A stretch of 64,000 nt of DNA from Felis catus. Taxonomy: Eukaryota. Each line of letters opens with the position of its first letter. Position 1 is the stretch's first letter. Below the pieces are notes generated by a model, which saw only the letters and a list, made by a program, of their open reading frames with translations, was not told where the DNA came from and did no database searches. The translations under genes and the position numbers were made by a program. The stretch lies in the NCBI RefSeq assembly GCF_018350175.1, contig NC_058368.1, positions 47,122,001 through 47,186,000 of the forward strand, written 5' to 3'. This document shows positions 13,935 to 26,869 of this stretch, piece by piece.

Positions 13935-14330
13935 CATTCATTCATTCAACAACCACTGAATTCCTGATATATATGAGTTGTTGGAGAAACAATGCTTAAC
14001 CAGACAGATAAAGGCCCTACCTTCAAGAAGCTTATATTACAATGGAAGAAAAACCAATGAACAAAAATTATATATAAAACAATGACTGGCTGTTCATATG
14101 CAATACATAAAATAAACCAGATGCTGTAACGAAACAAATTAGTTAGGGCAGGTTTCTCTCAGGAGATGATATCTAAGCTAATACCTAGAAAGAGAAGGGG
14201 TTGGCTGATTATCTGAAAACTAGGAGAAAGGTGTTTCTTGCTTGAAAACAGTAAGTACCTGGAACATTCTAGAAACAGAAATTTAGAAAAAGCCGGTACA
14301 ACTGAGCATTAATGACTAAAACAGAGTGCA
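13935..14330 (-). mobile_element. L2 LINE 3' fragment
   Basis: cattcattcattcaacaaccactgaattcctga...ccctaccttcaagaagcttata is the antisense L2 tail. Confidence 0.7.
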
Positions 14331-14752
14331 CAAAATAAAATGGGAGAATCAGCCCCTGTCTGCTTAATAAATATTTGGGTGTCTATACCTGTCTTTAACA
14401 TTGAACATGAATAATTTAACACAGTAACATCTCTCAGTTGTAGACCAGCCTGCAATAGAATTATTACAAATTTATAGAAATTCTTACGGGAATACCATAA
14501 ATGAAAACATCAATTGATAGGCTTGTGGTAGTATGTTTTTAATTATGCAAGAGGACCTGAGAAAATAAAGAGCATTCAGAAAAATGGGTGAAATAAGATA
14601 TATTTAAACACTTGAATGCAAAACAGTATTACAGATACGATATTGATATTTTAAAGTATTTTGTGACAAGCATATATAAAGGGCATAATGATTTGGACCT
14701 CTTTCTAAAATAACTTCACCTGTCCTAACCCTCTGATTCTGCTTGCCAAAGC

Positions 14753-14977
14753 TTTATTTTTTTTAATTTTTATTTTTTTTAATGTTTGTTTATTTTTGCG
14801 AGCAGAAAGAGCTCAAGCAGGGGAGGGGCAGAAAAAGAGGGAGACACAGAATCTGAAGCAGGATCCAGGCTCTGAGCTGTCAGCACAGAGCCCGATGCGG
14901 GACTTGAACTCACGAACAGTTGGATCATGACCTGAGCTGAAGTTGGATGCTTAACCGACTGAGCCACCCAGGTGCCC
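14753..14977 (-). mobile_element. Can-SINE (SINEC_Fc type)
   Basis: T tail, acacagaatctgaagcagg, ends gagccacccaggtgccc. Confidence 0.95.
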
Positions 14978-15134
14978 TGATCTCTTTCTATTTTGAAGGA
15001 AGGAGCTGGAATAGTACTTACCTTCCCCATACATTGTTGAAGACCAGCCTCAGCAGAGAAGAGGCCAGCCTAAGATCTACTTTGAAGTCCTAGAGACCCC
15101 CAAAAGCTCTGAGAAATTTCACCTCTAGTCTCTT

Positions 15135-15640
15135 TCTTCATTTGTTCATTCATTCGAAAGTTCTTTATTGAGCACCTACTATGTACCAAGCACTATTAGA
15201 CATTTGATATTCGTCAGTCAACAAAACAAAATGCACCTGCTTTCAGAAAATGTCCTATCTATCCGCAAGAGACAAACATTAAAAATTAGCCATAATAAAT
15301 GACTAAATTATATGGTACTTTAGAAATGATAAATGCCATGGAAGAAAGACAAAGCAGAGCAAGATAAGGGAGATCCAGGAGTGAAGCTTGGAACGGGTTA
15401 CAAATTTAAGTAAAATGACGGACGTGAGACTCCTCGAATGGGGACTTGAAAGCAAAGACTTGACTGGAAATTGGTGAGAAACATCTGAAGGGAAGCACAC
15501 TCCAGGCCAGGCCCTGAGGAAGGTAGGCCTGGCGTTTCGGAAGAAGAGCAAAGGGCTCTAGTGACAGTGGCTGCATGAGCCTGGGAGAGAGTAAGTTCGT
15601 CCTCTCTGGCGCCCGGTGCCCGTGAAGTGGAAGCCCAGCA
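15135..15640 (-). mobile_element. L2 LINE 3' fragment
   Basis: ttcatttgttcattcattc...ttattgagcacctactatgtaccaagcact is the canonical antisense L2 3' end. Confidence 0.85.
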
Positions 15641-15927
15641 TTTGAATAAAGGAAAAAACCTGAAGCAGCAGCCTGGAAGAAAGGAATGGTGGTGGCAAGA
15701 CTGAGTTTGAATTTGCCCTCTGACAGCAAACATGATGTTTTCCGTAGAATTCTGGTCACAAATCAATACAAACATGAACATACTCTAAAGATCATTTTAT
15801 TCAAAAGTCATCATCATTATCACTCTTTAAGGGTGATTCCATCACCACTACCCCAGTGACCCCGAACGTGCTCAGGCCTCTCAGTCTTTCCAAGACTGTG
15901 CATCTATCTGACAAACCAATACTGGTC

Positions 15928-16422
15928 ATGAGACAACCAAGATTCTTTCCCTGATCAACCTCTAACCGGCTCCTTTTTTCCCCCGAGTCCTCAACGTTCG
16001 GTCTTCCTTTGTCATCTCCGCATCGTCCGCTTTTAGCAAGAGTGCGGTGGAGACGGTTTACTCAGAATCTCTCACCCTCCAGATCCGGGCACTCTTGACA
16101 CCAATTCAGGTTCTTCATCCTCCACCGCCCCCGGGTGATGTCTGATTACACTGACCTGACTTCAGCAAGGATGCTGTCAGCGAGCCACAATCCCTGCTTC
16201 CCCGCACATTTCCTCTGAGTCGTTTTCCATCCACTGGCCCCCTCCCTGCTCCTTGGCTGTAAGTTTCCACTCTTCCTTGTTGTGTTCAGATTCGAGCCCA
16301 ATCTCTCTCCCACTATAAGACCCCGTTGCAGTGGTTGCTACCCGTATCACGATGCTCTTCCCTTCAATAAAAGCTGCCTTGCCACTCTTTACCAAGCATC
16401 TTCAATAACTGTCTCTCTACCA
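15928..16422 (+). mobile_element. ERV1-class solo LTR (MER31-like)
   Basis: ttttccatccactggccccctccctgctccttggctgtaagtttccactc...gagcccaatctctctccc matches the recalled MER31-family consensus. AATAAA near 16367. Confidence 0.75.
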
Positions 16423-17971
16423 CCAGCCGGAATGATAGGGACACCCAAGAAGCTGACCAAATGCTGGAACAAAAATATGCATGGTAATCCTTTGAAAAAA
16501 TGTGGTAAATCCATGAGGAAATACAAGGTTGTTTAAAAAAAAAGTGCATTCAGGCACATCAACTGTCAAAATGGCACAAATGATTAAAGAGAAACCATGC
16601 AAATAAAATCCAACGTGTAAAACAATCTGTCTCGTCTATCAATGGGCAACACTCTATTTTGATTTCCTTAATTAAATTCACCCATTACAGTCAAATTTGG
16701 GAGGAAAAAGTGTTACTGTGTTTCAATATTTTTAAACAAAGAGGAAATCTTTTCACAAACGGTCGACTTGAAATACTCCAAAAGACAGTAGATCGTTCCA
16801 TGAAGCAAAGTGCTTTTCTCAACAAACCAACAATATGTGTTTATTGCACTGGAGCCCAGGACCACCACATACGATTACAGTAAAAGCTCTGCATTATTTC
16901 CATCTGGCAATGAGAACACAAGATGTTGTATAAACTACCAGAAGAGCTCTATTTCATTGTAATTAAAATTTAGTGTTACACTTAAGCAATAAGGCAACTC
17001 CAGGAGATGTGATTATCATGAGATAATGACCTTGGGGTGTTGCAAGGCATACAAGGAACCAAATGCCTCCAATCCTCTAGGGGGCAAGATTATTTCTACA
17101 TAACAATCTCCACCTCCTCTTCCTTACCCTCCCCTGCCCCTGAAGCTGTATGATCGGTGAAAGAGGAAAGCTAGGGATTAAGAGCACCAGTATGATTTCT
17201 GCAAGAAGAGGGCATTGGGGGACTGGTATATGACAAAGTTAGCATTGTAGAATGCTGAAGCAGCAGTTTCAAACGAGTTGTGTTGTTTGTGCAATAATTA
17301 TGCAATGGCTTTAGAATTCTCTGGACACAGATAGAACTGTCAGTGATGTCATAGGCATGTAAGTAATCCCCAGCAAGGGCACAGATCTAACCTTTTCCCC
17401 CTGTTTTGGTTTCGTGATTTCCATTTCATAATAGCAATAAGGTATGACAGGTGGTGCAGTTCTTGAGGGTTTATTACGCTTCTTGGGTGGTTGAAGCCAC
17501 TCAGCCTTTGGCCCAAACCTCTCAAGACATCTGAGATGTATAATAATTCCCCCAAAATGCAATGCCTGTCATGTCGTATTGCTTAATTGCTTTGTACTTA
17601 CCAAGTAATTCTTTTTAAAGTGAATGCAGAAAACAGTGCTTACTTTAGAGTTTATCCTACTGGAAACTACTTCTCTAATGGGATAATATGAAACAATTTC
17701 TACTATAATGGATGAAGGAATATTCCATTATGCTGTTGTTATAAACTTTAAACTGAAAGGTCATTTAAAACTACGGAAAATGTTTATATTTCATAACGGT
17801 TGGTGGAAAAAAGGATAAACTAAAACTCAAGAAATTAATATAAAATAAGACTATCCTCAATGACAGCTCATGTTGAAGAGTCAAGTACCTCAATGATTAA
17901 AGAAAAATACCTCAAACTCTTCCATGTCAAAGAGGTGACAGTGAAATTTCATTTATAAATAATGTATTTTT

Positions 17972-18449
17972 AACAGTTTTTTTATCTTTTTTTTTTTATT
18001 TTAGAGAGAGAGAGAGAGAGCACAAGTAGGGAAGAGGGGCCGAGGGGGAGAGAGAGACAGAGAGAGAGACACAGAATCTCAAGCAGGCTCCACACTCAGC
18101 ATGGGGCCCAGCTCAGAGCTTGATCCCACGACCCCGGGTTCATGACCTGAGCCCAAATCAAGAGTCTTGACACTCGGGTGTGCCTGGGTGTCACAGTCAG
18201 TTAAGCCTCCAGCTCTTGACCTCTGCTCAGATCATGATCTCACAGTTCAGGAGTTCGAGCCCCACATCGGGTTCTGCACTGATGACTTGGAGCCTCCTGG
18301 GATTCCGTCTCTCCTCTCTGTCCCTCACCTGCTTGTGCTCTCTCTCTCTCTCTCACTTTCTCTCTCTCTCTCAAAATAAATAAATAAACTTAAGAAATTA
18401 AAAAAAAAAAGAGTCTGACACTCAAACGACTGAGTGGCTCAGGCAACCC
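17972..18449 (-). mobile_element. Older Can-SINE interrupted by a nested SINE
   Basis: Body 17972-18175 resumes at 18411-18449. Flanking TSD tataaataat(gt)attttt at 17954 and 18451. Confidence 0.9.
18176..18410 (+). mobile_element. Can-SINE nested in opposite orientation
   Basis: gggtgtgcctgggtg head, (CT)n, A tail. TSD aagagtc(t)tgacactc at 18160-18175 and 18409-18423. Confidence 0.92.
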
Positions 18450-18502
18450 TTATAAATAATATTTTTAATGACAGAGCTAGGGAGACCAAAACAAAAGCAT
18501 TA

Positions 18503-18725
18503 GATTTTTTAAAAAATTTTTTTAACGTTTTATTTTATTTTTGAGACAGGGAGACACAGAGCATGAACAGGGGAGGGTCAGAGAGAGGGAGACACAGAAT
18601 CCGAAGTAGGCTCCAGGCTCTGAGCTGTCAGCACAGGCCTGACGCGGTGCTCGAACTCATGAACCACGAGATCATGACCTGAGCCGAAGTTGGCCGCTTA
18701 ACCGACTGAGCCACCCAGGCGCCCC
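18503..18725 (-). mobile_element. Can-SINE (SINEC_Fc type)
   Basis: Full-length, with 16-bp TSD caaaacaaaagcatta at 18487-18502 and 18726-18741. Confidence 0.96.
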
Positions 18726-19797
18726 CAAAACAAAAGCATTATAAAAGGGAACACTGAGGACAATGTTTTTAAATAGTAACATAGAAAGAATTTGTAGATG
18801 TAAATATATACATGTTTGTACAAAATAACGTAATGCATGGACAAACTGAAATGATAAAAGAGTAGACACATAAAGTATTAGGTACTTTTTTCTGGGTATG
18901 AGACAACCTACTAAATGGGGATGAAATTTAGAGTTTCTTTGCTCTCGATGTCATTTACCTGTGTATAGTCATGTCCCAATTAATACATTAAACTCTCCAC
19001 TTAAGTCACAACAATTTTTATTTCTGTTGAGGCTGGATCCAAGTTCACACTAATATATGAATCTAGAATACTTTGGGGTGAACCTTTGCATTCTTGAAAT
19101 TCAGGAAATACTATGAAAAGCAGAAATACTAATTCACATGGCAAAAATGTGAATTACTAATTCACATAATATATTTATACAAATCAATGAATACAGCTCT
19201 GTATAGTAATACTCTCCGAATTAATGCCTACATCTAGTCTACGAAATGGAGGCACGTGACAAAATGATAAATTACATGACAGAGTCTCAGTCTTGGTGAA
19301 TTCTCTCAGTGCCATGCCCTCCAAGCATTTTAGTCAAGTATGGCTCAAAGTGTGGGTGGCAGACTCAAGTCTTCTCAGACTCGGTATTTGCTCCAGGTCT
19401 AGCCCTGAGCTGGACCCCACATTGTCTCCAATCCATCCTTTCCTTGGAGAACCCACTGGGACCTTCGACTCTCATCTCTTTATTGGCAAATCCTATAACC
19501 TTGGCCTACATCATTTAACTTTCTCAGTCTAAATTCCATATTTTAAAAAAGAGATGTCAACACCAGCCCTATCACAGAATTTTGGGGAGGCAAGTGAAAG
19601 AGGGTATGAAGAAATGTTCTATCATTTAAGGGCTAGTCAAAACCATTTCAAGTATGTTGGTGATGATTGTTTTTGTTATTATCACTTTTGCATTTGATTG
19701 AGCATGGAAAATTGGTGACAAGCACATTTAGGCACAACTTGGGGAAACACCAAACTAAAGGGGTAAAGGAGGATGGGCTAAAATAGGAGGTCCATTC

Positions 19798-20025
19798 TTT
19801 TTTTTTTTTTTAACATTTTTTTAAGTTTATTTATTTATTTTGAGGGAGAGAGGGAGAGAGAGAATAAGTGGGGGAGGGGCAGAGACAAGAGAGAGAGAAT
19901 TCCAAGCAGGCTCCACACTGTCAGCGCAGAGCCCAACACGGGGCTTGAACCTATGAACTGTGAGATCATGACCTGAGCCAAAACCAAGAGTTGGACACTT
20001 AACCAATTGAGCCACTCAGGCGCCC
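19798..20025 (-). mobile_element. Can-SINE inserted in the tail of the adjacent SINE
   Basis: Full SINE flanked by ttc(t)n on both sides. Confidence 0.93.
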
Positions 20026-20028
20026 TTC

Positions 20029-20257
20029 TTTTTTTTTTTTTTTTTTTATTTTTGTTAATGTTTATTTTTGAGAGAGAGAGAGAGAGAGAGCACGAGTGGG
20101 GGAAGAGCAGAAAGAGAGGGAGACACAGAATCAGAAGCAGGCTCCAGGCCCTGAGCTGTCAGCACAGAGCCTGATGTGGAGCTCAAGCTCACTAACTGTG
20201 AGATCATGACCTAAGCCAAAGTCGGATGCTTAACCAACTGAGCCACCCAGGTGCTCC
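20029..20257 (-). mobile_element. Can-SINE (SINEC_Fc type)
   Basis: Full SINE. Degenerate TSD aggaggtccatt / aggagccacatt flanks the pair. Confidence 0.93.
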
Positions 20258-21527
20258 AGGAGCCACATTTTTATTTCTAAAAGTATGAGGGAGGGGGATG
20301 GAAAAGAATAATTTTAAGAAGTTATACTAAGGCAAATCTTTAAAAATATAAACAAAAGAAAACTCTGATTACTAAATTTCACCTTTGTTGGAGGGTATTT
20401 GCTATTTCTTAGTATTGGGTTCTTCTGTGAAGCCTGTCTTAACTGAAAAGGAGATAACAAATGTCTCTTGGTATTATCACCCTGTGTCAGTCACTTACTT
20501 TCCTGCTATTTCTTTACCTATACACATTTTGCTATTTTCATTATTCATTATTATATTGGCCTAACTACTGTGGATTCTGTTGTGTGCTCAGATCAATTCT
20601 ATCTTGTGTTATTAACTAAAGACAAAAAAAAAAAAAGATAATTATCTCAGATAATTATACTGAGAAGTGTTAGTAGGTGTTTTGATGGTAAGGAAACAAC
20701 TTTTTATTTAAAAATTCATTTGTAACTACTGTTAGTTAGGAAACCTACATATACAGCACCAAAATTTATAAGCTTGCTTGTTTCTCCTTCTATATATACA
20801 AGGAAGTCTTTTTTTATTTATATTACAATTGTATGCTTTTTTCAAGTATAATTACTTTGTTCCTCTTTCTATTATGTCTAATTTTTACCTACTACTAAAA
20901 CACTTTCTAGAAGGAACTTAAACTGTAAGTGGTGATTTTATTTCAAATTCCTTGTTTAAGAAGCATTCTGAACATGAAGTACAAGAACACGGAGGAAATT
21001 CTTCACTCTGTCTAGGTAGATCAGCTAAACATAATTTGGAAATAGATTTTGGTGAAAGCAAAGTCTTTCTTCCATTCCTTCTCTTAGTGTATTTTTTTCA
21101 CTATCAATAAAGAGTTTATCTCTCATTTGAGTTCCTAAAATTGTTTCCTTCATTTTTTTTCTTTTTTGAAAAAAAAAAAGCTGGATTCTTAAGTCAGACC
21201 TGCCAAGACAAAATAAAATTAGAATTATCGAATTAATGAAGACAATTTATAAAGCAAACTAGTATAATTCCAACTTTCTCAAATCTTTTTTCATCAATGA
21301 TATTTGTATCTATTAAGGTAAGAGGGACAAATACGGGGACTTTTCTAAATCAAGTACACCCTTAGCAGGAAGTATTTATTCACTTCTAGGAACCATTCAA
21401 ACACAGTCTTTTCTAATATCCACCCAAGGAAATAAACAGGACGATTTTTCTACAGATCAAAATTGTATAGCAAAAAGAAGCCAGGTGAACCTGATCTAGA
21501 CAACTAATAGCCAACACATGTCTGCCG

Positions 21528-21567
21528 ACTATCTTTCTATCTTTGTCTATCTATCTATCTATCTATC
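21528..21567 (+). repeat. (TCTA)n microsatellite
   Basis: Directly visible. Confidence 0.85.
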
Positions 21568-22469
21568 TTTTTTTAATGTCAGCTGGACAGAACACTGTTT
21601 AGAATGTGACAATTCATTCAGGCAGGAAAACCACAGCTCAGGCTCCATCTGTCTGTTCTGTCAACAACTTAACACACACGTTCAACACCTCATCACATCC
21701 CCAAGGTGATTATGACTTCTTGGCAACGATGATGGTGGTGGTATTGCTGCGCAGTTGCATTACTGATGTAGTTGTTTCGTGGTTAACCATGATTCAGTAA
21801 TTCTTGAAAGGACTGTGCTTTCTAGAATGCTCAGTTCTTTCGTGCACTTTCCAAACAGTTTCATACACACATTCTGGCCTTTTCATTTAATTTTTCATAC
21901 CACTGGTTCCCATTTTCTATCCCACATCTAACATGGTGTCAGGTAATAATTACACATTTGTCATGGGATAAGAAGTTCTTCAAAGATTCCCCAAAATTCT
22001 CATAATAGCTGCTTGAAACTTTGTTACAGTCTTGTACCAGACGGGGTTAGTATGAGATTTCTTCTCTTAAGAGTCCACCTGCACAGTGATTCCTTAAAGG
22101 TCAAAGATCATTCAGATATACTTCTTTAATTTTTTTTTTATTAAAATAATGAAATGTGAGGCCTTAAACTTTAGAAATACCTTTATACCTTGAGGTCTTG
22201 TCATTGTTATGCAGTCTACGTAATGCAAGATCTTGATGTCTGCTATGAATTCAAACAGTGTAAGACTTTTAGGCAGGGAGATTTAGGAGATTTAGGAGAC
22301 CTTTATAGGATTGCCAACATGAGGACAGGTACTACTCCATATTTACCTTTACACTGAATGGAATGGCATCTGGCATTTTAAAAAGCTAAGTATTTGTAAC
22401 CGTATTCACTATGTATGAAGAAAACAAAGGCAGATTTAAGCCCCAACCCTCCCAGGGTGACTGTAGTTC

Positions 22470-22790
22470 ACCTTTGTCATCCGGAATTAGATGGAAATGT
22501 TTTTTGGCTCGGAGTGTGATAAGCGCTCCCGATAAAAAAAATATCTCAGTCCGCAGCACCAATGTTTTTCTTCCACTTTAAATATGTTTTCTATAGAAAA
22601 CGATAGAGTGAGCCTATCATGAAAGGACCCCCTTAGTTGCTACACTAGTGACCTGCCATTCTTACGCACGACACAACCCCCGTATTATGACCCGTCACTC
22701 TTATGGTTGGCACGTGCTGATTTACATATGTATTCATTAACAACTACACACTAAGCACTTAGCGATACTTGAGGGATATAAAGAGCCGAA
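22470..22790. promoter_or_regulatory. Candidate enhancer (GATA / E-box, CpG-retaining)
   Basis: About 13 CpGs in 320 bp of non-repeat DNA. GATAA at 22518 and 22531, CACGTG at 22711-22716. Confidence 0.35.
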
Positions 22791-24109
22791 GATTCAGTCT
22801 GAGCTCTGTAGAAGTATATTTTCTTTTTGCATGATTTCTTTTATGTCCCCAAATGGTTAACTTTTTATAGACAGCCTCATTATGTAAAGTAAAATATAAA
22901 TAAATAGTAAAAGTCTAGAAAAAGAAATGGCAGAAATAAACAAATACTTTTAAAAAAATCGAGCCAATAAAAAATGACACAGATCACAAAACATTTTAAC
23001 TGAATTAAAGTAATAGAGTACCACAAACAAAATATATTCTCTGTTATCCAAGGCATTGACAGAGCAGAGACTGCAAAAATCAATGCACCTATAAACCCAA
23101 GACATTTTTTAAGCAACTGTTCAAAACTCAAGTCTCACTGAGTCATGAATTCAGATTGCTCACAAATAAAAAATTGGCAGGTTGGGGCTTCATCTCTTTT
23201 TACTTCTCTTCAACTTCACAAACTATGAAAATGTAAACTAGATAAGCAGAGAGACAATTAATATCTTAGCATAGTCACAGATTTTTCTTATTAGCATCTA
23301 AAAAATTGGAAACAAATCCAAAGGTGATTCAACAGCAGAATGTAATCTTAACAATTGCGATTTGAGCTCCTACTATGTGCCAGTCACTGTCTCACTGGCA
23401 TCTGCTTCAGCAAGTTGAGTTCAGTGGAAATTGCATCTTCCAAGTCCTCACCTTCAGCTCAAAGAACTAGGTCCGTCCAAAATGAATCTCTACTTATAAA
23501 AACGACTTCCTCGTTTGCCTCGCTGAATAAGCGTAGTGACAAATCCAAAAGTTTCTTGATGAGATCAGATCACATAGTTCCAGTAAATTAGCACATACCA
23601 AATGTGGTATCTGCTGAATCCTCAGTATTCAGACTCCTGTCCATTGTCAGAAGTAGAAAATGACCTTCCAGAAGGCTGGTTAAACTAAGGCTCCTGGACT
23701 TTAATTGAGGCTGTGACTAGACCCAAAAGTCTTGAATCTCTGCCCCACTACTTCACAGCAAGGCCCTGTGTCCTCTCTGACTTCGTGAATCTATTTATTA
23801 ACTGTGAAGAAGTCTTCATACACCAAAAAGTCCAAAAAGACTTCATGCTGCATGCTAATGTTCTCAGGCTTCCCTTTGCTGCAGCCTCTAATTTGGAACC
23901 ACAAGTTGGCAGAGGCTGAGTCACAAGATTCTTCAGTGGCTTCAGTGCCCAACCTGAGCCCCGGGTCCCTGTCAACATCATAAAGTAGCTTTCTTGGCTC
24001 AAAAACTTTAGGCAAGAAGGGAAAGAATATTGAAAATCGTATGTAGAATAAATTCTAATAAGGGGGAATTTGTTCAGAGATTATGAGGTACTTCTTTTTA
24101 TTCTTTTTC

Positions 24110-24240
24110 CTTTTTTTTTAACTTTTTAAAATTCCAGAGTAATTACCATATAGTGCTATAATAGTTTCAGGTGTGTAATACGGTGATTCAAAAATTCTAT
24201 ACATTTACTGAGTGCTCATCATGGTAAGTGTGCTCTTACC
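24110..24240 (-). mobile_element. Carnivore L1 extreme 3' end
   Basis: atagtttcaggtgtgtaatacggtgattcaaaaattctatacatttactgagtgctcatcatggtaagtg is the antisense L1_Carn-type 3' terminus. Confidence 0.8.
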
Positions 24241-24329
24241 TCATGAATTTTGCCTCATGCAGTTCTAGATCATTTCATCTGACCTCACTATTCAGCAAAA
24301 GCTGTTGATTTGTAAGTAAGCATTATATG

Positions 24330-25120
24330 CATATTGCATTATTTAAACAATATATATCGTGTATATCTATATCTATATCTATATCTATAGATAACAAATA
24401 GAGAATCTAGGTAAAGAACATATGGGAGTTCTTTATATTTTTGTGTCTTTCTCTAAGTTTCAAAATATATCATAATTAAAAGATAGCAAAACTAAATGCA
24501 ATGCATGATCCTGAATTAGATGGCAAATGAGAGAAAAAAACTGCCCTGAAAAAAAAATTTTGGTGAAATTTGAATAAAATCTGTGTATTAGAAAATGTTA
24601 CCGTATCAATCTTAATTGCAAGATCTCAACAATTGTGCTGTGTTTATATTCTTATTATTACTCTTAAGAAATATTTACGGGTAAAATGGCATGATGTCTT
24701 CAAGTAATTCTCAAATAGTTTAGAAATGCACACACACACACACACTCACACACACAGAATGATAAAACAGATGTGACAAAATGTTAAACATTGGTGATTC
24801 TGGGGGAAAGGTATACAGACGTTCTTTTTTGCAATTTGTACAACTTTTCTGTAAGTTAGAAATTATTTCTGGGGGGCTTGGGTGGCTCAGTCGGTTAAGT
24901 GTCCAAATTCAGCTCAGGTCATGATCTCACAGTTTGTGGTTCAAGCCCTAAGTTGGGCTCTGTGCTGACAGCTCAGAGCCTGGAGCCTGCTTCAGAGTCT
25001 GTATCTCCCTCTCTCTCTGCCTCTCCCCCATTCCCTCTCTCTCTCTCTCTCAAAAATAAACATTAAAAAATGTTTTGATTTAAAAAAACTTTAAAAAATA
25101 AATTATTTCAAAATAAACCA
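24330..25120 (+). mobile_element. Old L1M 3' UTR interrupted by a SINE
   Basis: gaatctaggtaaagaacatatgggagttc, actaaatgcaatgcatgatcctg, caacttttctgtaagttagaaattatttc|aaaataaa. Confidence 0.8.
24871..25099 (+). mobile_element. Can-SINE (SINEC_Fc type)
   Basis: Head ggggggcttgggtggctcagtcgg. TSD aaattatttc at 24860-24869 and 25100-25109. Confidence 0.95.
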
Positions 25121-26869
25121 TAAGCACATAAATTTATGTCAGTCTCTTTCTTAAAATTAGCTTGAAAATACAAGGTAGTCACACTCATGTCTCATATAGC
25201 TTTCATGTTATGACAATTTACCATTATGAAAGATTTTAAAATCTCTCTTCCCACTTCCCCAAATGAAAATGTTTGCCATTGTGATTTCCTATTTTTCATA
25301 GAGTATCAATGTTTGTATAAAAGGCACAAATATTACATTTTCAGAGGTGCCAGGTGGATTTCCAAACCATATCATTTTTGTGTGGCACCGTATCTTAAGA
25401 GGGCAGTCTGCAATTACCCCCTCTCAAAATACTTAGCTTCTTTCAGTGTTCTCTTACTTGTGAAGAAAAAGGGAAGGAATAGCAATGCTGTGTACTGTTG
25501 TGTAAGAGTCTATTGTATTTCCCAACTTACTTCTCAGGAAATTTCCCCGAATTTGAGAAAATTCTTATGAAGTCCAAGTATCTCAGCTGTAATATGAATA
25601 AAGAGCTTTTCAATGTAATACAATTTAAACTGTGGAAGTACAATACGGAGACAATAGATGTCTCCGGAGAATATGAGGCCGAAATCACATGGCAGCATTC
25701 TAGTGTTTCATACCCCGAGGCCCCACTAGTTTAATTTCTCTGATAGTTTCCTCTTACCTTATTCTCAGCCGACGTGGATGCTGATGGAGTAAGAATGGAA
25801 TCAGCCAGACTAATTTTCTTTAATGAAGGCAAAGAAATCAGGACGAGAGTAAACAATATGCATGTCAACAGCCACGGTTGGATATTGACAACAATACCGG
25901 GAGTAGCACTTGACTACAGCCTCTGCTCTAAAACTTGGCTCTACAAAGAGCTTTAAATAACGTTTGGTAGGAACCTGAAAAGTTAATGTCAGCCGTTTTA
26001 CTTTTGGGAATTCAAATGCTGATATGCCTTGAAAAATTCTGCTCACAAACAAGATTAAAGGTTCAGAATAATATCCGATCGCATCCCTGAAGCTCTATGA
26101 ACTCCAAACAAACACAGTAAAAAGTTCTCTCAGTGAGCCTTAATCCTAGAGAACACTGAAACGTGGTGCCTTGCAGACGGAAGATCTTGGTTGGATACTT
26201 GCATCTGGAAAAAGACGAGCTCTATAAACTGTTACTAATGACTTTTGAACTTGGTAGCAGAAGGTATCAGAAGTACCTTTCCATCCAAAAAGATACTATC
26301 TAATAAGTTGTAGTAGGGGAAAGACAAGGAAGCATGAGATGGTCTGCAAAGTTCCTGCATCTTGTTTTCTGTCTGGACATGCAATGCATGCTTTTACATT
26401 AATATACAAATACTATTTCTAACCAAAAATAAGGATATACCCTCTTTGTTGTAATTGGATGTTTTGCTCACCCCCGTGCAGGTTGCAAATGATTGTTCCT
26501 TCAGAAATAGTCATCAGGTCATGGCCACTGCATGCCCTAGAACAGAAAGAAGAGGGGTGAGGACTTAATCAAAAGAAAAGACTTCAGTGATAAAGAGCTG
26601 AGAAACACTGTAAGTCTTACTCAAATACTAGTCCCACATCCCTTAGAATAGCAAGCAAAAGGGATATTTTTGAAAACCCCTTTGGATAATTTCTGCCTCC
26701 TTGAATTCTGACCATTTTGTCTCGCTGCCTTGTAAAAGAATCAAGTACTTGGCTGAGAAAGGATTCTCCCTGGACCTTTACAAGACTCCTTGAAAGGCAT
26801 ATTTCTCACCAAAGATCTTGAGACCATATTTCTAGCCTATACCAGGAGTCATTGCTCAGAGATTTACAT

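Noticed and set aside
1629..15089. Chain of minus-strand exon candidates with AG|GTAAG donors (about 1629, 6296, 9168, 15022)
   Set aside because: Three are closed in all frames. The open one (DFKVDLRLASSLLRLVFNNVWG) is unrecognised. AGGTAAG is expected several times per strand by chance in 64 kb, and the + strand has at least as many.
23355..24015. Overlapping ORFs that looked like a processed pseudogene or endogenous viral fragment (DLIKKLL..., LLYDVDRDPG)
   Set aside because: Frames are interrupted, no coherent homology is recognisable, and parts resemble degenerate MIR (about 23640-23760) and L2/MIR tail sequence (about 23350-23390).
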